Shown one piece after another: positions 19,526 to 29,090 of a stretch of 64,000 bases of DNA. The DNA is from an uncultured Flammeovirgaceae bacterium (GTDB lineage: Bacteria; Bacteroidota; Bacteroidia; Cytophagales; MED-G16). The translations under genes and the position numbers were made by a program. The notes below the pieces were generated by a model that worked only from the letters and a program-made list of their open reading frames with translations, was not told the DNA's origin and ran no database searches. The stretch covers positions 13,608-77,607 of the forward strand of contig CAJXDN010000002.1 in NCBI GenBank assembly GCA_913052485.1. The letters are read 5' to 3'. Numbering within the stretch: the first letter of the stretch is position 1; each line of letters begins with the position of its first letter.

Positions 19526-21055
19526 ATGAAATTAATTTATTTCATTCTTTCAGTATTTATATTTATATGCATTGACTCAAATGCCCAGAAAAAAGAAAAA
19601 ATTAGATATAAAGCAGATGAACTTAAATTCAGGAGAATTGATAAGGAACCAGTAAGAAAATTAATAAATAATGTTATTTTCAATCAGGGAGATACAGAAA
19701 TTAGCTGTGATTCAGCAAATTACTATAATAAAAAAAATATTTTAGAGGCTTTTGGTAATATAATTATTACCAATCCGGACTCGTCAGTTATTAGTGCTAG
19801 AAGCCTAATTTATGATGGTGAATCAAGAGTTGCCAAACTTAGAAAAGATGTGATATACACAAAAGATAAAGAACAAATAACCACGGATTATCTTGACTAT
19901 TTTATTGACGAAAAAAAAGGATTCTTTTTTAATGAAGGGGAATTAAAAGATGAAATTAATACATTAAAAAGTGATTACGGTATATTTTACGGAAGCAAAG
20001 ACCTATCCATTTTTTATAAAGAAGTAATTTTAGTCGGTGAAGATTATACACTTAAGTCTGATTCAATGACATACAACACCATAACAAAAGAGACAATTAC
20101 TTTTGGATATACAGAAATTATTTCTGAGGATAGTACCTACATTGAAAGTCTGGGTGGATCATTTCAACAGGAAACAAAAAATTCAAAGCTGACATCAAGC
20201 AAAGTAGAAACAAATGACTATATCCTTGAAGCAGATTTTATAAATTTTGATGAGAAAAACTCAACTTACCAAGCAAGCCAAAACGTGATTTTAAAAATTA
20301 AAGAGTCAGATTATTTTGTTTATGGAGATCAAGGTGAATACAACAAATCTGAAAACATAACTAAAATATTTGGTAATACTTTACTTAAAAAGAATATCGA
20401 AAATGATACTTTTTATTTATCCTCTGATACAATTCTAGCAATAGATGATGACAAAGATATCAATAAGTTATTTGCTTATAATAACGTTAAATTTTACAAA
20501 AAAAATTTTATTGGAAAATCAGACTCGATGATTTTTATAATTAAAGATTCAATAATTAATATGTATAATGATCCTGTAATATGGAACTATTCTAACCAAA
20601 TTACTTCTGATACAATCAATTTCAAATTATATGATGACCAAGTCGAAGAAATGAATTTAATTAAGAACTCATTTATTATTTCTACAGATACTATGGGAAA
20701 TTATAATCAAATAAAGGGACGAGATATGAAAGCAATTTTTTCTGAAAATAATTTTATGAAAAATATTTTAGTATCGGGAAATGGTGAGACAATCTATTTT
20801 GGATTAGATGAAGACTATAGATCTATAATCGGTTTAAATTACATAATTTGTAGCAGTTTAAAATTAAATTTTGATAATAACGAAATTGATAATATAATTT
20901 TCTACAATAACCCAATAGCAAAGATGATCCCACCCCATGAAATTGAAGAAGGTGATTTATATATTAAGTCATTTAAATGGAGAGAGGAAGAGAAACCAAA
21001 AATAGGTGATGTAGTTTTTTATTTTAGAAATAAGATATATTTGCGAAATGATTAA
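19526..21055 (+). CDS. OstA/LptA-like beta-jellyroll protein
   Basis: Signal peptide then Q, repeated beta-jellyroll units (CDSA, LEAFGN, SDS), located divergent from tilS. Confidence 0.8.
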   Translation: MKLIYFILSVFIFICIDSNAQKKEKIRYKADELKFRRIDKEPVRKLINNVIFNQGDTEISCDSANYYNKKNILEAFGNIIITNPDSSVISARSLIYDGESRVAKLRKDVIYTKDKEQITTDYLDYFIDEKKGFFFNEGELKDEINTLKSDYGIFYGSKDLSIFYKEVILVGEDYTLKSDSMTYNTITKETITFGYTEIISEDSTYIESLGGSFQQETKNSKLTSSKVETNDYILEADFINFDEKNSTYQASQNVILKIKESDYFVYGDQGEYNKSENITKIFGNTLLKKNIENDTFYLSSDTILAIDDDKDINKLFAYNNVKFYKKNFIGKSDSMIFIIKDSIINMYNDPVIWNYSNQITSDTINFKLYDDQVEEMNLIKNSFIISTDTMGNYNQIKGRDMKAIFSENNFMKNILVSGNGETIYFGLDEDYRSIIGLNYIICSSLKLNFDNNEIDNIIFYNNPIAKMIPPHEIEEGDLYIKSFKWREEEKPKIGDVVFYFRNKIYLRND

Positions 21056-21851
21056 GATATTTTCAAATAACTTCTTATTATTCATATGCTTTATATCAAT
21101 TTCATGTAGTGAATACAGAAAAATTTTAAAAGAAGATGGGTACGAGAAAAAATTAGAGTCTGCCCTAAAATATTATGAAAATGAAGAATATTTTAAAGCA
21201 AGCACACTTCTTAAAGATATTAAGCCTCTTGTAAAAGGTAGTGAAGAGTCAGAAACTGTTGATTTCTATTTCGCATACTCTCTCTATAACCTCAAACAAT
21301 ATGATCTTAGTGCAAAGTACTTCAAAGGATTTATGGAATTATTTTCCAGAAGTGAAAAAGTAATTGAAGCCGAATACCTATACTCAATATCCTTGTATAA
21401 AGAATCTCCTAATTCTAATTTAGACCAATCAAGTACTATTGAAGCAATTTCTGCTATCCAAAATTTCATTAACAAATATCCTTACTCTGAATACTCCAAA
21501 GACGCAAATTCAATAATTGATGAACTTCAAATCAAACTTGAAACTAAAAATTTTGATAATGCAAAACAGTATTACAAAACGAGGAATTATAAATCAGCAA
21601 TTATTGCTTTAGAGAATTTTGAAAATGATTTTCCAGATTCATCTTTAAACGAGGAAGGTTCTTTCTTGAAGATCTTATCTCAGTACTTAATATCAATAAA
21701 TAGTTTCGAAGATTTACAAGAGGATAGATTTAGAAAGACAGTTGATTTGTATTTAAGTTTTGTTGATAAATACCCTAAGAGTATCTTTCTTGGAGAAGCA
21801 GAAAAAATGTATGTTGAAAGTTTAAATTTATTAACTAAATTTGCAAAGTAA
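21048..21851 (+). CDS. bamD: Outer membrane protein assembly factor BamD
   Basis: Lipobox SISC, TPR helices, LDQSST and QNFINKYPYS; precedes rpoZ. Confidence 0.92.
   Translation: MIKIFSNNFLLFICFISISCSEYRKILKEDGYEKKLESALKYYENEEYFKASTLLKDIKPLVKGSEESETVDFYFAYSLYNLKQYDLSAKYFKGFMELFSRSEKVIEAEYLYSISLYKESPNSNLDQSSTIEAISAIQNFINKYPYSEYSKDANSIIDELQIKLETKNFDNAKQYYKTRNYKSAIIALENFENDFPDSSLNEEGSFLKILSQYLISINSFEDLQEDRFRKTVDLYLSFVDKYPKSIFLGEAEKMYVESLNLLTKFAK
21836..21843 (+). promoter_or_regulatory. Internal -7 element TAAATTTG upstream of rpoZ
   Basis: TAnnTTTG in the last codons of bamD, 20 nt before the rpoZ ATG. Confidence 0.5.
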
Positions 21852-21863
21852 AAAATTTAAAAT

Positions 21864-22196
21864 ATGAAAATTAAATCTAAAATAACTCACCTAAATGTTG
21901 ATGAAATAGCTTCAAAAACTGGTAACATTTATAAATCTGTTCGTGTAATTGGAAAAAGAGCAAGACAGTTGTCAGCAGCCCAGAAAGAAGAACTGAATGA
22001 AAAACTTGCTGAATTTGCATCTGATGTAGATAATTTAGAAGAGGTTTTTGAAAATAGAGAGCAAATAGAAATATCTAGATATTTTGAGAGACTACCGAAA
22101 TCTACAACCATTGCATCTGAGGAATTAGTTAATGACGAATTGTTTTTCAGAAATCCAGAAAAAGAAGAAGATAACGAAGATATCAACCTAGATTAA
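21864..22196 (+). CDS. rpoZ: RNA polymerase omega subunit (Bacteroidota type)
   Basis: TGNIY...KRARQ...LEEVFENREQIEISRYFERLPK. Confidence 0.92.
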   Translation: MKIKSKITHLNVDEIASKTGNIYKSVRVIGKRARQLSAAQKEELNEKLAEFASDVDNLEEVFENREQIEISRYFERLPKSTTIASEELVNDELFFRNPEKEEDNEDINLD

Positions 22197-22209
22197 GTTC
22201 TCTTGTTTA

Positions 22210-23097
22210 ATGATTAGATACATTTTTTTATATTTAATTTCATTATTTCCCACTTATTGCCAAGAGCTAAATTCAAAAGTAATTATTAATACAGATAAGC
22301 TTCAATCATCAGAAGTTATGATATTTGAAGAGATGCAAGTTGCAATTGAGCAGTTTCTAAATAATAATATATGGACAAGTGATAGATACAATTCCGAAGA
22401 GAGGATAAATTGTAATTTTATCATAAATATATTGAATGAACCCTCAGCTAATTTATATGAGGCCACAGTACAAATTGTTTCCTCAAGACCAATTTATAAC
22501 TCCTCGTACGAAACAGTATTACTAAACCATGGAGATAGAGAGTGGACTTTTGAGTTTTTTCCTTCACAAAATTTAGAATATTCTCAAAATGGCTTTAATG
22601 ATAATTTAACTTCCCTTCTAGCCTTTTATTCGTATATAGTATTAGGAATTGATTACGATAGTTTTGAAAAACTAGGCGGTGAAGAAAACTTTCAAAAAGC
22701 CTGGAAGATATTAAATGATTCACAAAACTCAGGTTATAAAGGTTGGGACCAGTTTGGATCAAAAAATAATAGATACTGGATTTGTGAAAACTTTCTTAAT
22801 CCAAAATTTGTTGGTGTAAGAGAGGCATATTATAATTATCATTTACAAGGAATGGACATTTATTACTCCAAGCCTGAAGATTCTCAAGGCATTATATTGG
22901 AAAACCTATCGGCAATTAATGAAATTAATTCTAAAAATTTTAACTCTTCAATAATTAATATTTTTATTAATGCTAAAGCAAATGAAATAACTAATATCTT
23001 TAAGGGTGCTTCCTTAAATACAAAAAGGGAGGCATATAATATCATGACTGAGTTATCACCATCAAATAGTGATCTTTTCAATAAAATATTAGAATAA
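22210..23097 (+). CDS. porD: DUF4835 / type IX secretion protein PorD
   Basis: QELN after the signal peptide, SRPIYNSSY, NLTSLLAFY, DYDSF, NRYW, YNYHLQGMD. Confidence 0.8.
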   Translation: MIRYIFLYLISLFPTYCQELNSKVIINTDKLQSSEVMIFEEMQVAIEQFLNNNIWTSDRYNSEERINCNFIINILNEPSANLYEATVQIVSSRPIYNSSYETVLLNHGDREWTFEFFPSQNLEYSQNGFNDNLTSLLAFYSYIVLGIDYDSFEKLGGEENFQKAWKILNDSQNSGYKGWDQFGSKNNRYWICENFLNPKFVGVREAYYNYHLQGMDIYYSKPEDSQGIILENLSAINEINSKNFNSSIINIFINAKANEITNIFKGASLNTKREAYNIMTELSPSNSDLFNKILE

Positions 23098-23099
23098 AA

Positions 23100-23297
23100 A
23101 TGACATTAAGAGAAAAATTAATACCTAAATTTTTACAGAAATATGTTACACATTATAGAGATCATGGATTTAAAAAAACTATAAAAAAATATGGATGGAA
23201 ATTATTTGCAATAATTTTTATGTTTTATTTGGTGAGGGATACAATTCTTTATATTATAATTCCTTACTTTGCTATGAAAGGCATTTTTAATTTTTAG
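23100..23297 (+). CDS. Small hypothetical membrane protein
   Basis: 65 aa with 2-nt gaps on both sides; basic amphipathic N-terminus and hydrophobic C-terminus. Confidence 0.7.
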   Translation: MTLREKLIPKFLQKYVTHYRDHGFKKTIKKYGWKLFAIIFMFYLVRDTILYIIIPYFAMKGIFNF

Positions 23298-23299
23298 TT

Positions 23300-24100
23300 A
23301 TGTTGTTAAAAGGAAAGAGAGGAATTATATCGGGAGCGTTAGATGAAAACTCAATAGCTTGGAAGGTTGCAGAAAGATGTTTTGATGAAGGGGCAAAATT
23401 TACATTAACCAATGCTCCTATAGCCCTTAGGATGGGTAAAATTAATGAATTAGCAAAAAAATGCTCTTCAGAAGTCATCCCTGCTGACTTGACCTCCACT
23501 GAAGATATCGATAATTTATATTTAAAATCTAAAGATTTCCTAGATGGCAAAATTGATTTTATACTCCACTCCGTTGGTATGTCTCCCAATGTCCGAAAAA
23601 ACAAAGAATATGGAGATTTAAATTATGACTGGTTATTTAAAACCCTAGACGTATCAGCCATCTCATTTCATAAGATGATGCAAATTGCTGAAAAGAATAA
23701 ATTGCTAAGCAGATGGTCATCAATTGTAGGATTATCATACATAGCAGCTCAAAGAACATTTCCTTTTTACTCAGATATGGCAGAAGCAAAATCACTTCTA
23801 GAATCAATAACCAGAAGTTATGGCTACAGGCTTGGAAAGAATTCTAAAACACGAGTAAATACGATTTCTCAATCACCAACAATCACAACAGCTGGATCTG
23901 GGATTGAAGGTTTCAATGCATTCTACAATTATGCTGAAAAAATGTCTCCACTAGGTAATGCAGATGCGTCAGAGTGTGCAAATTATTGTGTTTTCCTATT
24001 CTCAGACTTGAGTAGAAAGATAACAATGCAAAATTTATATCATGACGGTGGTTTCTCTAATACTGGCATATCGGAGGATATCATTGATCAATTTAAATAG
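23300..24100 (+). CDS. fabI: Enoyl-ACP reductase
   Basis: GALDENSIAW, catalytic YxxMxxAK, RVNTISQSPT, NLYHDGG. Confidence 0.93.
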   Translation: MLLKGKRGIISGALDENSIAWKVAERCFDEGAKFTLTNAPIALRMGKINELAKKCSSEVIPADLTSTEDIDNLYLKSKDFLDGKIDFILHSVGMSPNVRKNKEYGDLNYDWLFKTLDVSAISFHKMMQIAEKNKLLSRWSSIVGLSYIAAQRTFPFYSDMAEAKSLLESITRSYGYRLGKNSKTRVNTISQSPTITTAGSGIEGFNAFYNYAEKMSPLGNADASECANYCVFLFSDLSRKITMQNLYHDGGFSNTGISEDIIDQFK

Positions 24101-24102
24101 GG

Positions 24103-24903
24103 ATGATTTTTTATCCTAATGCTAAGATTAATATAGGTTTAAATATCATTGGAAAATTAGATAATGGATATCATAAAATTCAATCATGTTTTGTTCCTGT
24201 ATCTCTTTATGATATCATTGAAGTAAAAGAGTCTAGAAAAAATAAGCTAACTTTATCAGGAATTAAAATTGATTGCAGTCCCTCTGATAATATTTTAATA
24301 AAAACAATTAAATCTTTCAATACTGATAAAAAATTCAGAATTCACCTTCATAAAAGTATACCAGTAGGTGCCGGTTTGGGGGGAGGATCTTCTGATGCAG
24401 CATTCACAATGATTTATCTGAATAAAAAATTTAATACTTTCAATAATGATGAATTATTATATGAATCAAATAAGATAGGAAGTGATTGTCCATTTTTCAT
24501 TAAAAATAAAACTAAATACGTAACAAATACTGGTAATAATTTTGATAATATAAATCTAGATTTAAAAAATAAAAAAATCTTGATAGTCAATCCAAAGAAG
24601 TATATAAATACATCAGAGGCATTCAAACATATTAAACCTTTAACTCCAAATTATAAATTAAAAGATATTCTTGAAAATGAAAATATTGAAAATTGGGAAG
24701 AATATGTTAAAAATGATTTTGAAAAATATGTTTTCTCAAAAATTAAAGAATTAAAAAAAATAAAAAAACAACTAAAAGGTTTTGGTGCAAAATTTGTTAG
24801 TTTATCTGGTAGTGGTTCCTGTATTTATGGAATATTTGATGATAATACCCTACCCAAAAGAGAAATTAAATTTGACTCATATGAAGTAAAAGTTATCAAT
24901 TAG
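24103..24903 (+). CDS. ispE: 4-(cytidine 5'-diphospho)-2-C-methyl-D-erythritol kinase
   Basis: PNAKINIGL, IPVGAGLGGGSSDAA, GSDCPFF, SGSGS. Confidence 0.95.
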   Translation: MIFYPNAKINIGLNIIGKLDNGYHKIQSCFVPVSLYDIIEVKESRKNKLTLSGIKIDCSPSDNILIKTIKSFNTDKKFRIHLHKSIPVGAGLGGGSSDAAFTMIYLNKKFNTFNNDELLYESNKIGSDCPFFIKNKTKYVTNTGNNFDNINLDLKNKKILIVNPKKYINTSEAFKHIKPLTPNYKLKDILENENIENWEEYVKNDFEKYVFSKIKELKKIKKQLKGFGAKFVSLSGSGSCIYGIFDDNTLPKREIKFDSYEVKVIN

Positions 24904-25922
24904 AAATGATTCCATCCTTTAGATTTTATTTCTCTATTTTTTCCACTTTTCTCTACTAATAACTTTCTTTTATCATTTGTAAAATGTCCCAGAGGACTTA
25001 TATCAATTTTATCAAGGTTAACACTCTCAAATTTATCAACAGGAATTGAAAATAATAATTCGTATTCCTCACCTCCATTAAGTATTGCATCTAAATAATT
25101 AATATCTAATTCTTGAGAAGCTGAGAATACATCATCTTTGATTGGCAATTTATCTTCAAAAATTTTAAAACCTAAATTAGAACTATTTGAAATATGTAGT
25201 AACTCTGATGATAAACCATCCGATATATCTATCATACAATTAGGAATAATATCATTTGATCTAAAAAAATCTATTATGTCCTTTCTCGCTTTAGGCCTTA
25301 ACTGTTTTTCAACTAAATTTTTATAATTTGAAAGGTCAGGCTGATTATTGGGATCTTTTATAAAATTATTTTTTTCTCTCTGTAAAATTAATAGACCAAG
25401 AAATGCCCTTCCTAAATCACCTGAAACACAAATAATATCATCTGGTCTTGCATTCTTCCGATATGATACTATCCCTTTATCCGTATATCCAATAGCTGTA
25501 CATGAAATAATTAATCCTGATAGCGAAGAGGTTGTATCACCACCAATTAAATCTATATCATACTCATCACAGGCAAATTTTATTCCTTCATATAATTCAT
25601 CTACAGCTTCAACTGAAAATTTGTTACTTATTGCGATGTTTACAAGTATCTGACTTGGATAACAATTCATTGATAATATATCTGAAAGATTAACCATTAC
25701 CAGTTTATATCCAAGGTGTTTTAAAGGGGTATATGATAAATCAAAATGAATTCCCTCAATTAGCATATCAGAAGAAGATAATATTAACTCCTTACTTGTT
25801 GAGGTCACAGCAGCATCATCACCAATACCCATAACTGTGGAGGGTTTTGTATTTTTAAATTTTGAATTTATTTGATTTATTATGCCAAACTCTCCCAAAT
25901 CACTTATTTCTGTTCTTTTCAT
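24900..25922 (-). CDS. thiL: Thiamine-monophosphate kinase
   Basis: GEFGII, GIGDDAA, NLSDI, GGDTT, DISDGL, GGEEYEL. Confidence 0.95.
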   Translation of the reverse strand: MKRTEISDLGEFGIINQINSKFKNTKPSTVMGIGDDAAVTSTSKELILSSSDMLIEGIHFDLSYTPLKHLGYKLVMVNLSDILSMNCYPSQILVNIAISNKFSVEAVDELYEGIKFACDEYDIDLIGGDTTSSLSGLIISCTAIGYTDKGIVSYRKNARPDDIICVSGDLGRAFLGLLILQREKNNFIKDPNNQPDLSNYKNLVEKQLRPKARKDIIDFFRSNDIIPNCMIDISDGLSSELLHISNSSNLGFKIFEDKLPIKDDVFSASQELDINYLDAILNGGEEYELLFSIPVDKFESVNLDKIDISPLGHFTNDKRKLLVEKSGKNREIKSKGWNHF

Positions 25923-25955
25923 TAATTAATTATTTTAAAAATAGGTTTTAATATA

Positions 25956-25963
25956 TAGTTTTG
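25956..25963 (+). promoter_or_regulatory. -7 element TAGTTTTG for the HesB/IscA gene
   Basis: TAnnTTTG 17 nt upstream of ATG 25981. Confidence 0.55.
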
Positions 25964-25980
25964 AGTTCAATAAAAGTAAT

Positions 25981-26307
25981 ATGATAAAAATTACTGATAA
26001 GGCAGCAAAAAAACTAAAGGAATTAAGAGATTCTGAAAGCTATTCGGATGATCATAATGTTAGAGTCAAAGTAAAAGGAGGTGGATGCTCTGGGCTTCTT
26101 TATGACCTTAATTTTGATGATATTATTTCTGAAAAAGATCAATTCTTTGAAGATAAAGGAATCAAAATTATTGTAGATAAGAAAAGTTTGTTCTATGTAT
26201 TAGGTACAGAACTTGATTTTAGTGACGGCCTAAATGGAAAGGGATTTCAATTCAATAATCCCAATGCTACGAGAACATGTGGATGCGGAGAAAGTTTTTC
26301 TGTCTAA
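25981..26307 (+). CDS. HesB/IscA-family Fe-S cluster assembly protein
   Basis: GGGCSG and CGCGESF motifs. Confidence 0.95.
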   Translation: MIKITDKAAKKLKELRDSESYSDDHNVRVKVKGGGCSGLLYDLNFDDIISEKDQFFEDKGIKIIVDKKSLFYVLGTELDFSDGLNGKGFQFNNPNATRTCGCGESFSV

Positions 26308-28187
26308 TATGCTCTCTCACTAATTCCATCACAGTAATTCATAAAAGATCTGTTTGCAACTTTATTCCCACCCTCAGTAGGGTAATTACCCGTAAAATAC
26401 CAGTCACCTAAATTATTTGGACAAGCTTTATTCAAATTTTCAATTTTCTGATATATAATTTTAAGTTCTGACTTGAAACCTTCAGGCTTCACTATCTCTG
26501 CAATAGAATCCGAAATTTCTTCATACTTAAACAAGTGGTATAAATCTTTTACATAATTTTTGGGATTTTTTTGTGAAAGAGATTTTTTACATTTTAAATA
26601 AGTTTCCTGAATTAATTTATCTTTTTTATTTAATTTGATTAATCTCATCAACCCCCTAAAAGCAACAAATTGATTCATTTTACTCATGTCTATCCCATAA
26701 CAATCAGGATACCTAATTTGAGGTGAGGATGAAACAAAAACAACTTTTTTAGCTTCCAGGGAAGATAATAATGTCAAAATACTTTTTTCGAGTGTTGTTC
26801 CTCTTACAATTGAATCATCAATAATGACAATAGAATCCTTATTTTTCTTGACTATTCCATGGGTCGTATCATAAACATTTGATACTAACTCATTTCTGCT
26901 GTTATCATCAGTAATAAATGTTCTCATTTTAACATCTTTACTAACCAATTTTTCAATTCTAGTTTTCAAAAAAACAAGGTCTTCAGCTGATCCTTCATAA
27001 TGTTTTTTATCAATAAATATTTCTTTCTTTTTTGAAGTTAAATAATTCTTAATTCCATCAATCATTCCATAAAAACACGTTTCAGAAGTATTTGGTATAT
27101 ATGAAAAAATTGTATTTTTTAAATCATTGTCAATAGCATCAAAAACTTGAGGGATAAGTAACTCCCCTAATCTTTTTCTTTCATTATATATATCGGGATC
27201 ATTTCCCCTTGAAAAATAAATTCTTTCAAATGAACAGGCTCTATTTTCTCTAGGTTCAATAAATTTTTTTATTGAAAAGTTTCCTGACTTCTCAATAATT
27301 AATGCTTTTCCTCTACCAAGCTCTTTTATCTCATCAAAGTCACATTCAAATGCAGTTTTTATTGGTGGTCTCTCACTTGCAGCAACTACAATTTCATCAT
27401 TATTATAATAATATAGAGGTCGTATTCCATTAGGATCTCTTGCAAGAAAAGATGATCCGTGTCCAATCATTCCAGCGAGAGCATACCCACCATCAAAATC
27501 TTTAAATGAATTTTTTAATATATTACTAACATCTAACTCCTCTTCTATTTTTAATGAAATATTTTTCTTCTCCATAGAATCAGAATATTTATTATAAATT
27601 CTATTATTCTCTTCGTCTAAAAAGTGACCCACCTTCTCAAGAATCGTGACGGTATCAGACTTCTCCTTAGGGCTTTGACCTAAATCAACAAGAACATTAA
27701 AAAGCTCATCAAGATTAGTCATATTAAAATTACCAGCAAAAATTAAATTTTTTGATCTCCAGTTATTTTGCCTTAACGTTGGGGCACAATTTTCTATAGA
27801 ATTTCCACCAAAAGTTCCGTATCTTAAATGACCTAACCATGATTCACCTGTAAAGGCAATATTTTCTTTAACCCATTTTTCTTCTAACTTGTAGTTTGGG
27901 TTTTGCTTAGCTGAATTAAATTTTTTATTGATTTTATTAAATATATCCTGAATCGAATCCTTTTTAACAGACCTGTATCTACTTATGTATCTACTACCAG
28001 GTAGAGTATTTAGTTTTAACGATGCAACACCTGATCCATCTTGACCTCTATTCCTCTGTTTGTGCATCATTAAGAACATCTTATTAGCTGCAAATGATGG
28101 ATTTTTATATTTATCTAAGAAATACTGAAGAGGTTTTCTTAATCTCAAAAAAGCAATACCACATTCATGCTTGATTTTATATTTCAT
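26304..28187 (-). CDS. purF: Amidophosphoribosyltransferase
   Basis: KHECG propeptide/nucleophile, RGQDG, HLRYGT, CSFERIYFSRG, DDSIVRGTT, YPDCYGID. Confidence 0.93.
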   Translation of the reverse strand: MKYKIKHECGIAFLRLRKPLQYFLDKYKNPSFAANKMFLMMHKQRNRGQDGSGVASLKLNTLPGSRYISRYRSVKKDSIQDIFNKINKKFNSAKQNPNYKLEEKWVKENIAFTGESWLGHLRYGTFGGNSIENCAPTLRQNNWRSKNLIFAGNFNMTNLDELFNVLVDLGQSPKEKSDTVTILEKVGHFLDEENNRIYNKYSDSMEKKNISLKIEEELDVSNILKNSFKDFDGGYALAGMIGHGSSFLARDPNGIRPLYYYNNDEIVVAASERPPIKTAFECDFDEIKELGRGKALIIEKSGNFSIKKFIEPRENRACSFERIYFSRGNDPDIYNERKRLGELLIPQVFDAIDNDLKNTIFSYIPNTSETCFYGMIDGIKNYLTSKKKEIFIDKKHYEGSAEDLVFLKTRIEKLVSKDVKMRTFITDDNSRNELVSNVYDTTHGIVKKNKDSIVIIDDSIVRGTTLEKSILTLLSSLEAKKVVFVSSSPQIRYPDCYGIDMSKMNQFVAFRGLMRLIKLNKKDKLIQETYLKCKKSLSQKNPKNYVKDLYHLFKYEEISDSIAEIVKPEGFKSELKIIYQKIENLNKACPNNLGDWYFTGNYPTEGGNKVANRSFMNYCDGISERAY

Positions 28188-28873
28188 CCGTAGATTTCCA
28201 ATTTAATTTTTTTAGAATCAAACCCTAATTCCTTTAAATTATTTCTTGCTTCTTTAATCATATCTCTCCAACCACATAAATAAAAAATTGGATCTTTTAA
28301 TTTTTTTGATTTTATAAGTTTGATATACTGATTATGAACATAACCAGATTCTCCTTCCCAATCCTCTCGAGAGAGGACGGGTATATACTTAAAATTTTTT
28401 AATTTATTTTCATATTCCTTCATCTCATCAAAACATATTAAATCCTGATATGTTCTTGTCCCGAATATTAAATAAATTTTATGGTGAGAAATATTATTTA
28501 ATACTATACTTTGTAGAATACTTCTAAATGGAGCTAGACCAGTTCCTGTGCATATCAAAACTATATCACTATCGATGTTATCTGGCAAATTAAATCTTCC
28601 CAAGGGGCCTCGGATCTCTATTTTATCATTTACTTTGATATTATTAAACAGTACATTTGTCATCTGACCACCATCTAATTTCACTATTAATAACTCAAAT
28701 ATCTTATTTGATAATTTGTAGGAGGCAATAGAGTAACTTCTCTTCAAATCACCTATTTTTATTGTCACAAATTGGCCGGCTTTAAAGTCAAAATCATCAT
28801 TTGATTCTATTATAAAACGCCAAGTCAAATTTGTTTCTTTTTCTATTGATATTATTGTTGCTTCAGACCACAT
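28184..28873 (-). CDS. FAD/NAD(P)-binding oxidoreductase (FNR-like, no ferredoxin domain)
   Basis: AGQF, RSYS, GTGLAPF and YLCG motifs. Confidence 0.88.
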   Translation of the reverse strand: MWSEATIISIEKETNLTWRFIIESNDDFDFKAGQFVTIKIGDLKRSYSIASYKLSNKIFELLIVKLDGGQMTNVLFNNIKVNDKIEIRGPLGRFNLPDNIDSDIVLICTGTGLAPFRSILQSIVLNNISHHKIYLIFGTRTYQDLICFDEMKEYENKLKNFKYIPVLSREDWEGESGYVHNQYIKLIKSKKLKDPIFYLCGWRDMIKEARNNLKELGFDSKKIKLEIYG

Positions 28874-29090
28874 AGTTTTTTTAAAAGTTAAATTTAATCT
28901 CTATAAAATTAGAAAAAAAACTTATTGTACTTTTCAAAGAATTTAAAAGGATTACATCCAAAAAATCATTAAAGCAGATGATTTTAAAAAATCAATAGAA
29001 AAAAATATTTTTTTAATTAATAAAAATCATTAATATTTGAATTCCTATTTCAACAATAGCAATTTTATATAAACCACTTAAAAATTTTAA

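Noticed and set aside
28874-29090. oriC upstream of dnaA
   Set aside because: No TTATCCACA-like box cluster, only one weak ATTTCAACA. AT richness is background here, and oriC is often unlinked from dnaA in Bacteroidota.
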